NCBI RefSeq assembly: GCF_009914755.1
Contig: NC_060936.1
Length of the DNA stretch: 64,000 bases
DNA from: the human T2T-CHM13v2.0 reference genome, Homo sapiens
Strand: one strand, 5' to 3'
The notes beneath the pieces were generated by a model. The model saw only the letters and a list, made by a program, of their open reading frames with translations. It did no database searches and had not been told where the DNA came from. A program made the translations under genes and the position numbers. Positions within the stretch are counted from its first letter, which is position 1. The number at the start of each line of letters is the position of its first letter. Below, one piece after another: positions 16,486 to 28,759 of the stretch.

Positions 16486-17500
16486 TTACATTTTGGCATG
16501 ATTTTGCAGCGGCTGGTACTGGTCGTTCCTTTCCATGTTTAGTGCTTCCTTCAGGAGCTCTTTTAGGGCAGGCCTGGTGGTGACAGAATCTCTCAGCATT
16601 TGCTTGTCTGTAAAGTATTTTATTTCTCCTTCACTTATGAAGCTTAGTTTGGCTGGATATGAAATTCTGGGTTGAAAATTCTTTTCTTTAAGAATGTTGA
16701 ATATTGGCCCCCACTCTCTTCTGGCTGGTAGAGTTTCTGCCGAGAGATCTGCTGTTAGTCTGATGGGCTTCCCTTTGTGGGTAACCCAACCTTTCCCTCT
16801 GGCTGCCCTTAACATTTTTTCCTTCATTTCAACTTTGGTGAATCTGACAATTATGTGTCTTGGAGTTGCTCTTCTCGAGGAGTATCTTTGTGGCGTTCTC
16901 TGTATTTCCTGAATCTGAATGTTGGCCTGCCTTGCTAGGTTGGGGAAGTTCTCCTGGATAATATCCTGCAGAGTGTTTTCCAACTTGGTTCCATTCTCCC
17001 CGTCACTTTCAGGTCACCAATCAGATGTAGATTTGGTCTTTTCACATAGTCCCATATTTCTTGGCGGCTTTACTCATTTCTTTTTATTCTTTTTTCTCTA
17101 AACTTCCTTTCTCACTTCGTTTCATTCATTTCATCTTCCATCGCTGAACCCTTTCTTCCAGTTGATCGCATCGGCTCCTGAGGCTTCTGCATTCTTCACG
17201 TAGTTCTCGAGCCTTGGTTTTCAGCTCCATCAGCTCCTTTAAGCACTTCTGTGTATTGGTTATTCTAGTTATACATTCTTCTAAACTTTTTTCAAAGTTT
17301 TAAACTTCTTTGCCTTTGGTTTGAATGTCCTCCAGTAGCTCGGAGTAATTTGATCATCTGAAGCCTTCCTCTCTCAGCTCGTCAAAGTCATTCTCCGTCC
17401 AGCTTTATTCCATTGCTGGTGAGGAACTGCGTTCCTTTGGAGGAGGAGAGGTGCTCTGCTTTTTAGAGTTTCCAGTTTTTCTGTTCTGTTTTTTCCCCAT
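16486..17500 (-). pseudogene. L1 ORF1p (RNA-binding chaperone), frameshifted
   Basis: ATG at 17500 and stop at 16486 give 1015 nt versus the canonical 1017. Single-base deletions near 17148 and 17014; only the C-terminal 165 aa are open. Confidence 0.9.
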
Positions 17501-18395
17501 CTTTGTGGTTTTATCTACTTTTGGTCTTTGATGATGGTGATGTACAGATGGGTTTTTGGTGTGGATGTCCTTTCTGTTTGTTAGTTTTCCTTCTAACAGA
17601 CAGGACCCTCAGCTGCAGGTCTGTTGGAGTACCTGGCCCTGTGAGGTGTCAGTCTGCTGCTAGGGGGTGCCTCCCAGTGAGGCTGTTTGGGGGTCAGGGG
17701 TCAGGGACCCACTTCAGGAGGCAGTCTGCCCGTTCTCAGATGTCCAGCTGTGTGCTGGGAGAACCACTGCTCTCTTCAAAGCTGTCAGACAGGGACACTT
17801 AAGTCTGCAGAGGTTACTGCTGTCTTTTTGTTTGTCTGTGCCCTGCCCCCAGAGGTGGAGCCTACAGAGGCAGGCAGGCCTCCTTGAGCTGTGGTGGGCT
17901 CCACCCAGTTCCAGCTTCCCTGCTGCTTTGTTTACCTAAGCAAGCCTGGGCAATGGCGGGCGCCCCTCCCCCAGTCTCGCTGCTGCCTTGCAGTTTGATC
18001 TCAGACTGCTGTGCTAGCAATCAGCGAGACTCCGTGGGCGTAAGACCCTCCGAGCCAGGTGCGGGATATAATCTCGTGGTGCGCCATTTTTTAAGCCCGT
18101 CGGAAAAGCGCAGTATTCGGGTGGGAGTGACCTGATTTTCCAGGTGCCGACCGTCACGCCTTTCTTTGACTAGGAAAGGGAACTCCCTGACCCTTTGCGC
18201 TTCCTGAGTGAGGCAATGCCTCGCCCTGCTTCTGCTTGCGCACGGTGCGCGCACCCACTGACCTGCGCCCACTCTCTGGCACTCCCTAGTGAGATGAACC
18301 CGGTACCTCAGATGGAAATGCAGAAATCACCTGGCTTCTGTGTTGCTCACGCTGGGAGCTGTAGACTGGAGCTGTTCCTATTCGGCCATCTTCTT
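17501..18395. promoter_or_regulatory. L1 5'UTR bidirectional promoter (sense promoter fires on -, antisense promoter fires on +, i.e. in the TRHDE direction)
   Basis: The most CpG-rich stretch of the window. YY1 core AAGATGGCC on the - strand at 18384-18392. Promoter activity is inferred from the family, not shown for this copy. Confidence 0.7.
17953..18135 (+). other. L1 ORF0 (antisense 5'UTR ORF), 60 aa, shortened by CGA>TGA
   Basis: MAGAPPPVSLLPCSLISDCCASNQRDSVGVRPSEPGAGYNLVVRHFLSPSEKRSIRVGVT*, with strong Kozak gcaATGg. The canonical ORF0 donors are retained after nt 106 (18058|GTGCGG) and nt 191 (18143|GTGCCG). Confidence 0.85.
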
Positions 18396-19734
18396 CACTT
18401 ACTTTTTCAATCCTTTGTTTCTTTACCAAATTATAGCTTCTTAGCATCAGAAAATTTTTGCCTGAAACAGTGACATCTTTTTTAGAAATGGAGCTCTGGG
18501 TTCGATCTAAGTCTTAAAGTAATAAGGTTCACGCATCAACATAGCACAATTTTATCATCTATATTCTCTTTTATTACCGTATTAAAAGCTTGAATGAGAT
18601 AAAACTGGTATTAACTTAAAATTATACTTTTTTCACATTAACTGTTATTTATTCAGTGTTAGCTATGTTCCCAGAGTTTTACCAGATATCATGCAATTTA
18701 AACTTTAAGCTGAAAGATAGTTAAATTATTTGGCCCAGACTCATAATAGCTCGTGAGTAGCAGAACCAACATTTCAGCTCAACCTTCCTGAATCCAAATT
18801 CTGCCCTGTGTGTGATTGCCTGATCATATAGTCAAGTAGGTATTGACTTTCACAGCAGAGAATACTATACATGTATCCAAATAATTTTTCCTTTCATCTG
18901 ACCATTTATTTCTTCCCTTTTTGGAAATAACTTTCAGATGCAATTTCATTCTTTCCTACAAAACCAGTCTCATGATTTCATAATTCCCAAAGAGTCTACC
19001 TTGATGAGATACTTTAATTTGCATTGCCTCCCTTCTCTTCAATCCCTATTTTACCCTATTTAGTATTTCCTGGCTTACCCTCTGAATTTGAGCCAACAGC
19101 ATAAGGAGCTCAGAAAAGCGCTATGCCAAGGCTATCTTGGAGCTCAGAGACCCTGAGTGGAGATGAGCATGGTGTAGAGGGGAGAGTGTGAGTCGCAGCA
19201 ATTCTGAGAAACATGGTTTGGCTTCTACAGAGTAGAGCACATCCAAGCAAACCAACTTGTGTCGTTTAGTTGTGTGCTGCCTCTCTGCTGTCATTTTACA
19301 ATAGGATGCAGTTAGCTCAGTGCCATAAAAATATCTGGCTTAAAGTAGAGAATTTTTGGTATGTATTCCCCTGGTAAGTACTATAAGCCCAAGTAAAGCA
19401 TGACCAACCAGCTGAATATCTGTGTTTTGCTTACATATTCCCCAAACTGTTTTCCAGCTCCACGATTTTAAGATGAAATGTGCAAACATTTATTGCCACA
19501 TAATTTTCCTTCTGGAAGGGGGTCTGTCACAGCAGGAACCTTGCTACTAAATTGGAGCCGTTGAAACTATTTCAGTAGTCAAATTTGTTAAGAGTAAAAG
19601 CAAGAGTTTTAAGTGCTGTCTAATGCCTAAAAATGTTTTTCCAGTTTGAAATGAGTGTGGTGGTAGGGTTAGGGAAAAGTTAGCATGTTTTGAGATAGTT
19701 ACGTCTGAAATAATAACCTCAGTTAACATGTATA

Positions 19735-19945
19735 TAATACTATGTACCAGATACTTTTGTGTATGTTTTTTACGTATATTAAGTCATTTAATTCTTACAG
19801 CAGTCACATGCTGTATTACTACTCTTTCCATCTCCATTTTACAGATGAGGACACTGAGGCAGTAACTTGCCCAGCATTGCAGTTAGTAAATGGTGGAGTC
19901 AGGATTCAAACACTGGCCATTCTGTCTGTGCTCTTAGTCACCTAC
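19735..19945 (-). mobile_element. MIR
   Basis: ctccattttacagatgaggacactgaggc...gtaacttgccca...ggattcaaac MIR core. Confidence 0.75.
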
Positions 19946-22900
19946 ACCAGACTGCTTAACCTTTGATTTCTTTTTATGTTTATAGAGCACCTTACCCATA
20001 AAACATGAAGAGACACTCATTTCTTTTTCAGTAGAGTTATTATATTTTGTAATTATTTACATCTATCTGTATGTCCTTTTAAATTAAAGTTTTTAGAAAC
20101 ATCCTAGTTATCACCTAGTGCAGTGACTGGCAGATAGTGAGCAACAACTAATACTTATAGTTCAGGATTTACAATGAATTTAACAGTCATTAATCCTGCT
20201 CTCCAAGCCCACAGAAGCTTTAAAGTAGTCTTGCAAATTGAATTTCTAATTGCTTCAGATTACTAACAGCAATGAGTTTTGATTTTTTTTATTGTTAAAC
20301 ATCTAGCTTGGAAAGAAAAATAAACATGGCTCTGTGCTATGAAGCAATATCATACTTTATTAATAAGTGTTCCTCTTAACTTTTTAAGAGTTTAGTTTGA
20401 ACTAGTCACATCTCTTCTGAAAAATACTGGAGAATAAAACTTCTTTAGTTTGCTCTAAATTACTTTCCTCAAGCACCAAGTGATAATCCCTTTTTCTGGT
20501 GTCCTGTGATGCCTTCTATAAACCCGATGGAGAATTTAGGAACATGCAGAGCATGCCCCTCACCTCTGAAATGAAGATCATGGAGAGTAATGAACATACC
20601 TGCCTCTCCACATCCCCTGATGCATTTGTCAGCTCACAGTCTGACGGACCATTGATCTGCCCCTTTATGGCAGTTTTGTTCCTAATTCCACTTTTGTTTA
20701 CTTTAAGAGCTAAATCTTTCACCATTTTCCACTTCTGCTTGAGAAAACATTTTTATAGCTTTGAGACCAAATGTTTTTTATCACCTTATTTTAATGTCTC
20801 TTATCAGTGACCCTGTTGTAGGCAGAAGCCATGATGTTGCTGGTGGATTACATGAGAAACTTGTCGCAAGTAAAATAGAACACCGTTTCTTTTTCCTGAA
20901 GAATAAGGATATAAGAGTAACTTGCTTTTTTTTTCTTTCTTACATTTGCTCTGTGTTAAATCATAAGAAAGTTAAGTTACTTTTAATTGTTTTAAAATGA
21001 AAAGGTGCTAGATTACCAGGTATTAGGGTGTTTATTTCTTCTAGGCTCCTGTTAGTAGCAACTGTCAATATTTCTTCTTTTGGTTAATAGGAAAAGAATG
21101 GAAGAAAGCTAGAAGTAGAAACTTGCTGCCACATACAAAAAGCTAAAGTTTGGAGAGGCCATAACTGGACCTGTGATGTGGATGTTTGCTTAGAGAGTGT
21201 TAAATGCTTACTTATAGGTTCCTAGGGTAAAGGGCATTGTTTATTTTTACATACATATCTTGAGAAATTTTATTTTATAAAGGTCGTGCTTTCCAAAATG
21301 TAATTTGTGGAATGCCAGTTCTACAATATGTTTTATAAAAATTATTTTCTTACCTTTAACTCAGATATTGAAACTTCAGATTGCATTGATTTAGCTTAAT
21401 GGCATTACACAAAACTGCACCTTCAATGAAAACCTTAAACAATGAATTTCTTACATGGGCTTGCTGAATACACTCTAATAAGACTGTATTTGCTTGTCTT
21501 GACATAAAAACTTGGGCTGATTCTGCTCGTGATACACCACTGTCAGAAGAGTTTGCTTTGTGATAAATGGCTTGTTTTAGTTCCCTGGACGATATGTTTT
21601 TGAGTTTTGAAATTCTCCAGGGACAGAATACATCTGTGCTTTGCCACTCTGAAAACAAAAAGCAGAAGCCGGAAGTGAAAGCTGTCCTGTTTTACAAGCT
21701 GGGATGGTGATGATTATTTACCTCACTGATGGACTTCTAGATTTTATCAAGTCCTCAATACTAACCTGGTCTCCATTATCCTCTGCTGTGCACAGCATCC
21801 ACACTGAAGTTGTGACTTCTGCCTTTTTGGAAGAAAAGCAAAGAAAGAAATCATCCATTTCTCAATGATATACATGAAGAGGCTAATTTATTTTTTTGAG
21901 AACAGCTGAAGGTGGTTTGATGAAACTTTAATCAGCGCATTTTATCCTCTCCGTAAACTCTCCCTGAAGTCAGAATAGCAGAAAGGGAGATAGAGAAAAC
22001 CTTACTCAAGCAATTATTTCCCTTATCCTGCAAATATTGGTAGAGTAAAATAATTTTCTTAGCTTCCAGAAAATCGTTCATATCATGTATGAGTAAATTC
22101 AACAGTGAAGATTACAAAGTGTCTTTCAGTTACCAAGCCCATGCCCTAGACAAGATTTTTTTTCTTGCTTCTCTACATATATATGAGTGATAAAACAAGG
22201 TGCAGATCTCAATTGGTCCATTTCCTTTGCAGATTAATTGGTATGATGGAAACATCAGTTATGCTGGTATTCACTTGTAATACATATTTTATTTATTATG
22301 GATCTAGCAGGATGGTAAATTCAGTTTTATAGCACAGTGGAGTTTGAGAAGCATGGCTTTATTCAATATTGTTCTTGAACTCAGTGATGGCCCATCTGTG
22401 TAAATAATCTCATCAGCCTCTTATGCGAGCCCATCCTTGAAGATTTCCTCATATGGATGCTTAATGAGAAAGTATACTATGCTTTTGTCCTTGTCTGTCG
22501 TGTCAGAACACATGAGATGTTCACCACAACTGCTAAATAAAGCTTCTACTATAAGAGGAGGCCCCGCAACACTTTGTCTGAAAGAGGAAGCAGCTTATGT
22601 ATCCTGGTCTTCAAGGAAAACAGACAATCCTGGGCACACATGAAGGGCACAGTTATTTATGGTTATGTCTAGTGAATCCTTTTCATGTGGAAAGTATGCC
22701 TGAAATTCCAGAGAACTGACCTCCAAGACTCGTGTCCTTGACTTAAATTTCCTTAATTTTCCATGGAATCTTTTAACACCTGTTCTCAATGATGCATTTA
22801 TCCATCCAAGACAAAGCTTATACTAAGACATATTTGAATCTGGAGTTTCTGAATTAGATGAACAAGCTATAGATGTTTACACAAATTACCCTGTGAACAA

Positions 22901-23334
22901 AAGTGTACTCTTATTTACTTCAATTTAATGGTATTTTAAAAAGTCACTTGAACATATTCGTGGTTAGGAAAAATGGTTTTGAAAAGCTAGAATCTCCATT
23001 TAAAATAAGAATAAAATAACTTTGTCCTTTAGATATGTGCATTGTTTTTAAATTTTAAAATATTCTATTTTGAAGTCAAAACCCAGTTTTAATTTTTTCC
23101 CAAGGTTTATCATTTCTAAAAATATCAAGTCTTTTAAAACTAAATAATATATTATGATGAGATATTTAATAGTAATTGGATTATTAATCTAATTAAAAAT
23201 CAAATTAAAAGATTGTGCCTGGTATATCCTAGGATGACATTATTGAAATTTATACTTAAATTTGTTTGCCTTTACCATATATAATCACAAGAAGCCTTGA
23301 AATACTATACTAGACTTCTCATGTTTTGTGTGTG

Positions 23335-23337
<3 letters not shown>

Positions 23338-23390
<53 letters not shown>
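23338..23390. repeat. Compound microsatellite (TG)16(AG)10
   Basis: Read directly. Confidence 0.95.
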
Positions 23391-23391
<1 letters not shown>

Positions 23392-26259
23392 AGTTGGTGA
23401 TTTTTCGGCTATTCACTTCTTTTCAGTATCAGTGAGCTATGGTAGGAACCAGTTTGGGAGCAGCTGTTTGATTGTGGAAAGTCTTTACAGAGAAAGTTAT
23501 TCTACTTTCTTGCAGATCAATACTTAAATTTTTAATACAAAAAGAAAATATAGTTTATTCAACTACTTTTTGAAAAACAATCTACATATACCATTAGTGA
23601 TTAATGCCAAATAGTAAGGCTTTCATGGTTTAAGGAACACTTTCTGCCTTTCGTATTTCTGTTTCAGTCATTTTTTTCCCCTGCGGTCGTTATTTAACTC
23701 CCAGTGTAGTTGAGAATCAGCTGACCATATCTACTTCATATAAAACTTTTGTACATTTGAAAATTATTCTTAAGTGTTTGATTGGCCTCCATTTTTCCAG
23801 AAAAAAATTATATCTAGTTTTTAAAACATTTTATCTTATCTATGGATTTTTTCTGCTGTCCTCTGACATTTTTACCTATAACCTTTTTCAGCACATAGTT
23901 ATTGCAAATCACGTTCAATATAATGTGTTTGCTGCATGATAGTTTATATCCCAATATCATGTCCATTCTGAACAGTTTCAGGATACTCGGGAGCAAATAC
24001 ATGTATTCTACTGTTGTTTGACTGGATTGATTTCTTTACACATTTTTCAGATAATTTATTGCTAAAGTCCTTTTTCTTAGCCACTCACACAATAACAATT
24101 GTTTACTTTTTGTCAGCTTTTGGTAGAAGATTTAGAAATATTACCTTAAGACTCCAGCTTCTTTGGGCTTGGTTATTAAGCTCGTAATTGATATTTTATG
24201 TTGTTGGGATGACTGTACTTTCTAAATGTTTTGTTGATGACAAGTCATAATTCACAATTATTCTGTAAACATAAATATGCAAAGATATTTTCTCAAATAC
24301 TGTAAAATCATTTCTTCATACCCTGCAAACAAATTTTCTCTGGCAACAAAAGGATTACACAAAAGTGCCTGTCCTCTGCCATAGTTCATCCTTTACTAAA
24401 TGTCACTTTCATTAAGGATATACTTGGTTATGTTTCAGCTGAATGTAGAGTGAGTGAGGTGTGTCTGCACAAGGATATCTGAGTTTTGTAGCCATGTGTC
24501 TTTATGACTTTGATATAATACCAAAATGAACTTTTATGATTCTGAATTACAATTTAATGATTAAGTGGATGAGATTAAGAAAAATGATGAAGATACATAT
24601 ATTAAGAGTATTCGGGAAAATCAATAAAAGGGAATTGTAAGTTTGGGAATCAGAAAAGAGGAGTCAATGTAAATCAGTAGTAAATTCTGCATCTAGTTTT
24701 AAACAATTATTTTCTTGACATCTATACTTGGGTTGTTTCTAGAAAACAGAAGAAATATTTACCAAGGATTAGTCTTTGTCTCAAATAATGCTGCTCTTAT
24801 GCTTATTTAGTGTTTTATTTTTTCCTATCATTTCTTACTAATATTTTGCACATTAGTGCAGTTACTCAGTTATCTAGTTTAACAGGTATGTGTTGAATGT
24901 CTAGCCATGAAGCAAAATACTGGGTTTTGCAGAGCATGGCTCCTCCATTCCTGATTCCTAATGGTATGGCAAGTATGTGTTACGTGTAAATTCTCAAATA
25001 AGACAGATTGTTCTATTTCCTAAGTTATTTATCAAAAACAAGTGCTATAAAATTGTGAAAACAGTTTTAATTTTGACATGAATTGGGAAAGATTTCTTAG
25101 AAATATGGGATACTACAGTTATGTCGCATAAAGAATTCGATTTAGGGCAATTGTGGAATTTCAGGCATGGAGAACGTATACAAAAATAAGGATAATGGGA
25201 AGTACAGAATCTGTTTCAGGGACCAGAAGAAATGGCCATCAGAGGCAGGGGACCAGACAGATAACTCTTTTCGCAGTCTCTCAAAAGGGAATATTATTGG
25301 GAATGATAGTAAGAGGAGTTAAAAAAAAAAAAAAGACAAAATAAGCCAGAGTCTGAGGGAGAGATTACGAAGAAGAGACAGATTCAAGAAAATATTATTT
25401 TCGTAAGAATCACATTCCCATTATTTTTTCTTATTTTAATATGTTAAAAATATGAAAGGACTGACATATGCTATATGTATTTTATACACATCAATATTAT
25501 ATACATCAACATACACAATAAAATATTAGAAAAGAAAAACTAGAAAAAGTATGAATTTCATCATGTAACTAAATGTGCTTTAAACTACTTTATGAATAAC
25601 TTTCAAATATTCAAGTATTTGGCATTTTGTTGCAAAAGTGAATGTTTACATTATTCATAAAATATGTGGCATAATAAATAACTTTTTAAAGGCTAACACT
25701 ATGCTCAACTTTCAGACAAAATATCTGACACTAAAACTTTATAAAACTAATATATATCGTTTTTTGCATGATAAACCACATTTACTTAAGTTGCTACCAT
25801 TCAGCCAATTCCAGCCATGCTTCTTTAAGATTATGCCATCTTTTATATTAGATGGAAATTGGGAAAGTATTTTGTATTCAAAATGTACCTAAAATCTAAT
25901 TTGTAATAATTCTGTTAAGTATTTTATTTGTGACGTTTTCTGGCACAATATTATGCAAGCATCTTTTAAAAGCCTTGTTTATTTAGTACCTTTGAAATGC
26001 CTTCTTCACTAACATTAATCACGTATTTTTCTTAATACTCTAGATTTCATATTCTTTCTAGCTGTGATAGTTTAACTCTGACAAGGAACAATTCTACAAT
26101 AAATGACAAGAATACTATTTGTTGCCTGATATTAAAAACACAAATGATGTTGTCTTCGTGTAGTTATTCTACAGCCTGTTACTCACAAGTTCTGAACTGA
26201 ATTTAGAACTGAAAAATATTTAGATTTTTTACAAACAAATAGTGTTTTCTGAGCTTCTT

Positions 26260-26518
26260 TTTTTTTTGAGACGGAGTCTCGCTTTGTCCTCAGCTCACTG
26301 CAACCTCCACCTGCCGGGTTCAAGTAATTCTCCTGCCTCATCCTCCTGAGTAGCTAGGATTATAGGAGTGTACCACCAAGCCTGGCTAATTTTTGTATTT
26401 TTAGTGGAGACGGGGTTTCACCATGTTGTTCAGGCTGGTCTCGAACTCCTGATCTCGTGACCCCCCGCCTCTGCCTCCCAAAGTGCTGGGATTACAGGTG
26501 TGAGCCACTGCACAGGCC
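26260..26518 (-). mobile_element. Alu, AluS-like, with an internal deletion of about 27 bp
   Basis: Antisense Alu lacking the gcccaggctggagtgcagtggcgcgat segment near 26288. Short TSD cttctt. Confidence 0.9.
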
Positions 26519-27499
26519 CTTCTTAAAACAACATTAAATTAGTTTTACTCATTCAATGCTGTTATTAGTTTGGGGCATTTTAGTCTTCCATTGGATTCAG
26601 AAATAAACAAAATAAAGATTTTTAGCACTTTTAAACCATTGCTTTGCTAATACCTTTATACTTTAACGATGATTATAATATATTCACTAATAATTTTATT
26701 CTTAAAATAAAATTATTATTCATTAGATCTTCATTGTTTAAAAGTTACCTCGAGTGTCTCACTAAATTTAACTTATTTCATTTTTCCTCTGTCAGATAAT
26801 TTTATTTTAAATAAAAACCAAAAAATTAAACTATAGGACTAAAATACTCTTAGAAGGCTCTGGAGATAGATCATGGTGCTTAAGCCAAGAAGAGTAAGAA
26901 ATTTATATAAAATATGACTGAACTAAATGAGATTAATTATAAGGTGTTGCAGGTTAGCAATTTTCCCAGAGACTCCTGTTGGTTATTTTTAAATAAAAAT
27001 CTCAACCGAGAAATTTTTAAACATACAGAGGATATTGCCAGATATACATATACTCAAGACCCAAAGTCAGCAGTTATTATTATTTTGTTTGATGTATTTA
27101 CATATGACTTGTTTTAAAGAATAAAACATTGAAGTCCTCTAATCCCTTTCTTAACCCCCTGTCCCTCCCTCTATTCCCAGAGGTAATCATTAAAGAGACA
27201 TAACTCTTATTCATATTTTAATACTCAGACCTCTATTTTATTTATCTTTGCTGCTATACAATATGTAAAAAGCACAGTTTATAAATCCATCCCCCTATTC
27301 ACAGGCTGACGTTTGTTTGAAGTTTTTGTCTATTATACACTACTGAAATTAGAATTAGAAATTAGAAACAGTGTTGCAAATGACCTCTTTCTACATGTGT
27401 CCTTGTGTTCATATGTGAGTGTTGGTCGTTCTGTGTATCCAGGTAGAGAAATTGTGGGGTTGGGAGGTACATGCATCCACATTTCCCAACTCAATTTAT

Positions 27500-28740
27500 C
27501 ATTCTTCCACACACCTAATGCCTACTTCTTTTTTCTTAGTGTTCACATTCTGTTATCCCTCCTCACTCTCATCTGATTACTCTGCTTTTATTTCACTAAA
27601 ATATTAGAAGCAATAAACAAATCAATGTTCTTACGCCTCCAACCCTGTGCATCTCACCTATCAATTCCTATATACTCTGCTTCCCTTGCTATTTGTCACA
27701 GTGAATGAAGGTCTGTACTATGATATAGGCCAATGCCTCCACTCTGTACCGGACTCCATCCTCTTGTCTACTCTAGGATGTTGGTCACGTTGAGCTGTTT
27801 CTTGTCTTTTGAAACATCCATTTTTCCTTCTCTACTCAATTATTCTTCCCTCTGTAGAATGTTAAAATATTTTGATCCTGGTAAAAATTCCCTTGACTTA
27901 CTCCACCCAGACTATTTTTATATCTTTACACTCTTAGAGCAAAAGCCTGATTTCTCTCTTCTCTTTTTCTTTTAAAATCCCCCAATTAAGCTTTCATTCT
28001 TATCATTTACTCAAACTTTTCTTGTCAACTCAAAAATTAATTCCATGTTGCAAAATCCAGTCTGCATGGTAGCTGACTTGCTTTCTTAAGCACACTTTGT
28101 AATGATCATTTTACGTTTGAAACACTTTCTTCATTTTGTTTCCTAGAAGCTTTTTTTTTTTTTTTTTTTTTTTTAACTTTAACCAGCTCATTGGCCATTT
28201 CTTTTTCATCTCTTTGAGGAACTTAATTACTTTTCTCAACCTCTAAATACTGGAACTCCCAGGACCTATTCTTCAGGTTTTTTTTTTTCTTTTTTTGTCT
28301 TCTTCATCTATTCTTGCTCTCTGTGGGAGCCTGGGACTTCTAGCCCTACTTTCTCTCCAGACTTCTAGATTTCAAAATCCGGTTATGCTTGTTCTCTCTG
28401 CCTGGAATGTTCTTCCTCAGTCATCAACATGGCTTGCTTCTTCATTTGATTCCTTTCTCTGCTCCATGTCAATTTATTAAAGAAATCTTTCCTGATTATC
28501 TTACCTAACATATGAGAGCCTATTCTCCAGCACACTCTATCCCCTAACCCTGCTTTATTTATTTTCAAAGCAATAATGGGTATTTGATATTATTGTTGTT
28601 TCTTTGTTTACTAACTGCCTCTTTTGTCTAGAATATAAACTGCATGAAAGCTTTATTTGGTTTGTTCTCTGCATCATTTTCAGACCCTATCAAAGTGCCT
28701 TACACAGCAGGCACTCAATAATTGTTTGTTAAATGCACAA
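27500..28740 (+). mobile_element. L2 fragment
   Basis: ctctgcctggaatgttcttcc ... ctagaatataaactgcatga ... gcaggcactcaataattgtttgttaaatg, an L2 3' end. Confidence 0.65.
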
Positions 28741-28759
28741 ATAAACTAATCTTAACATT

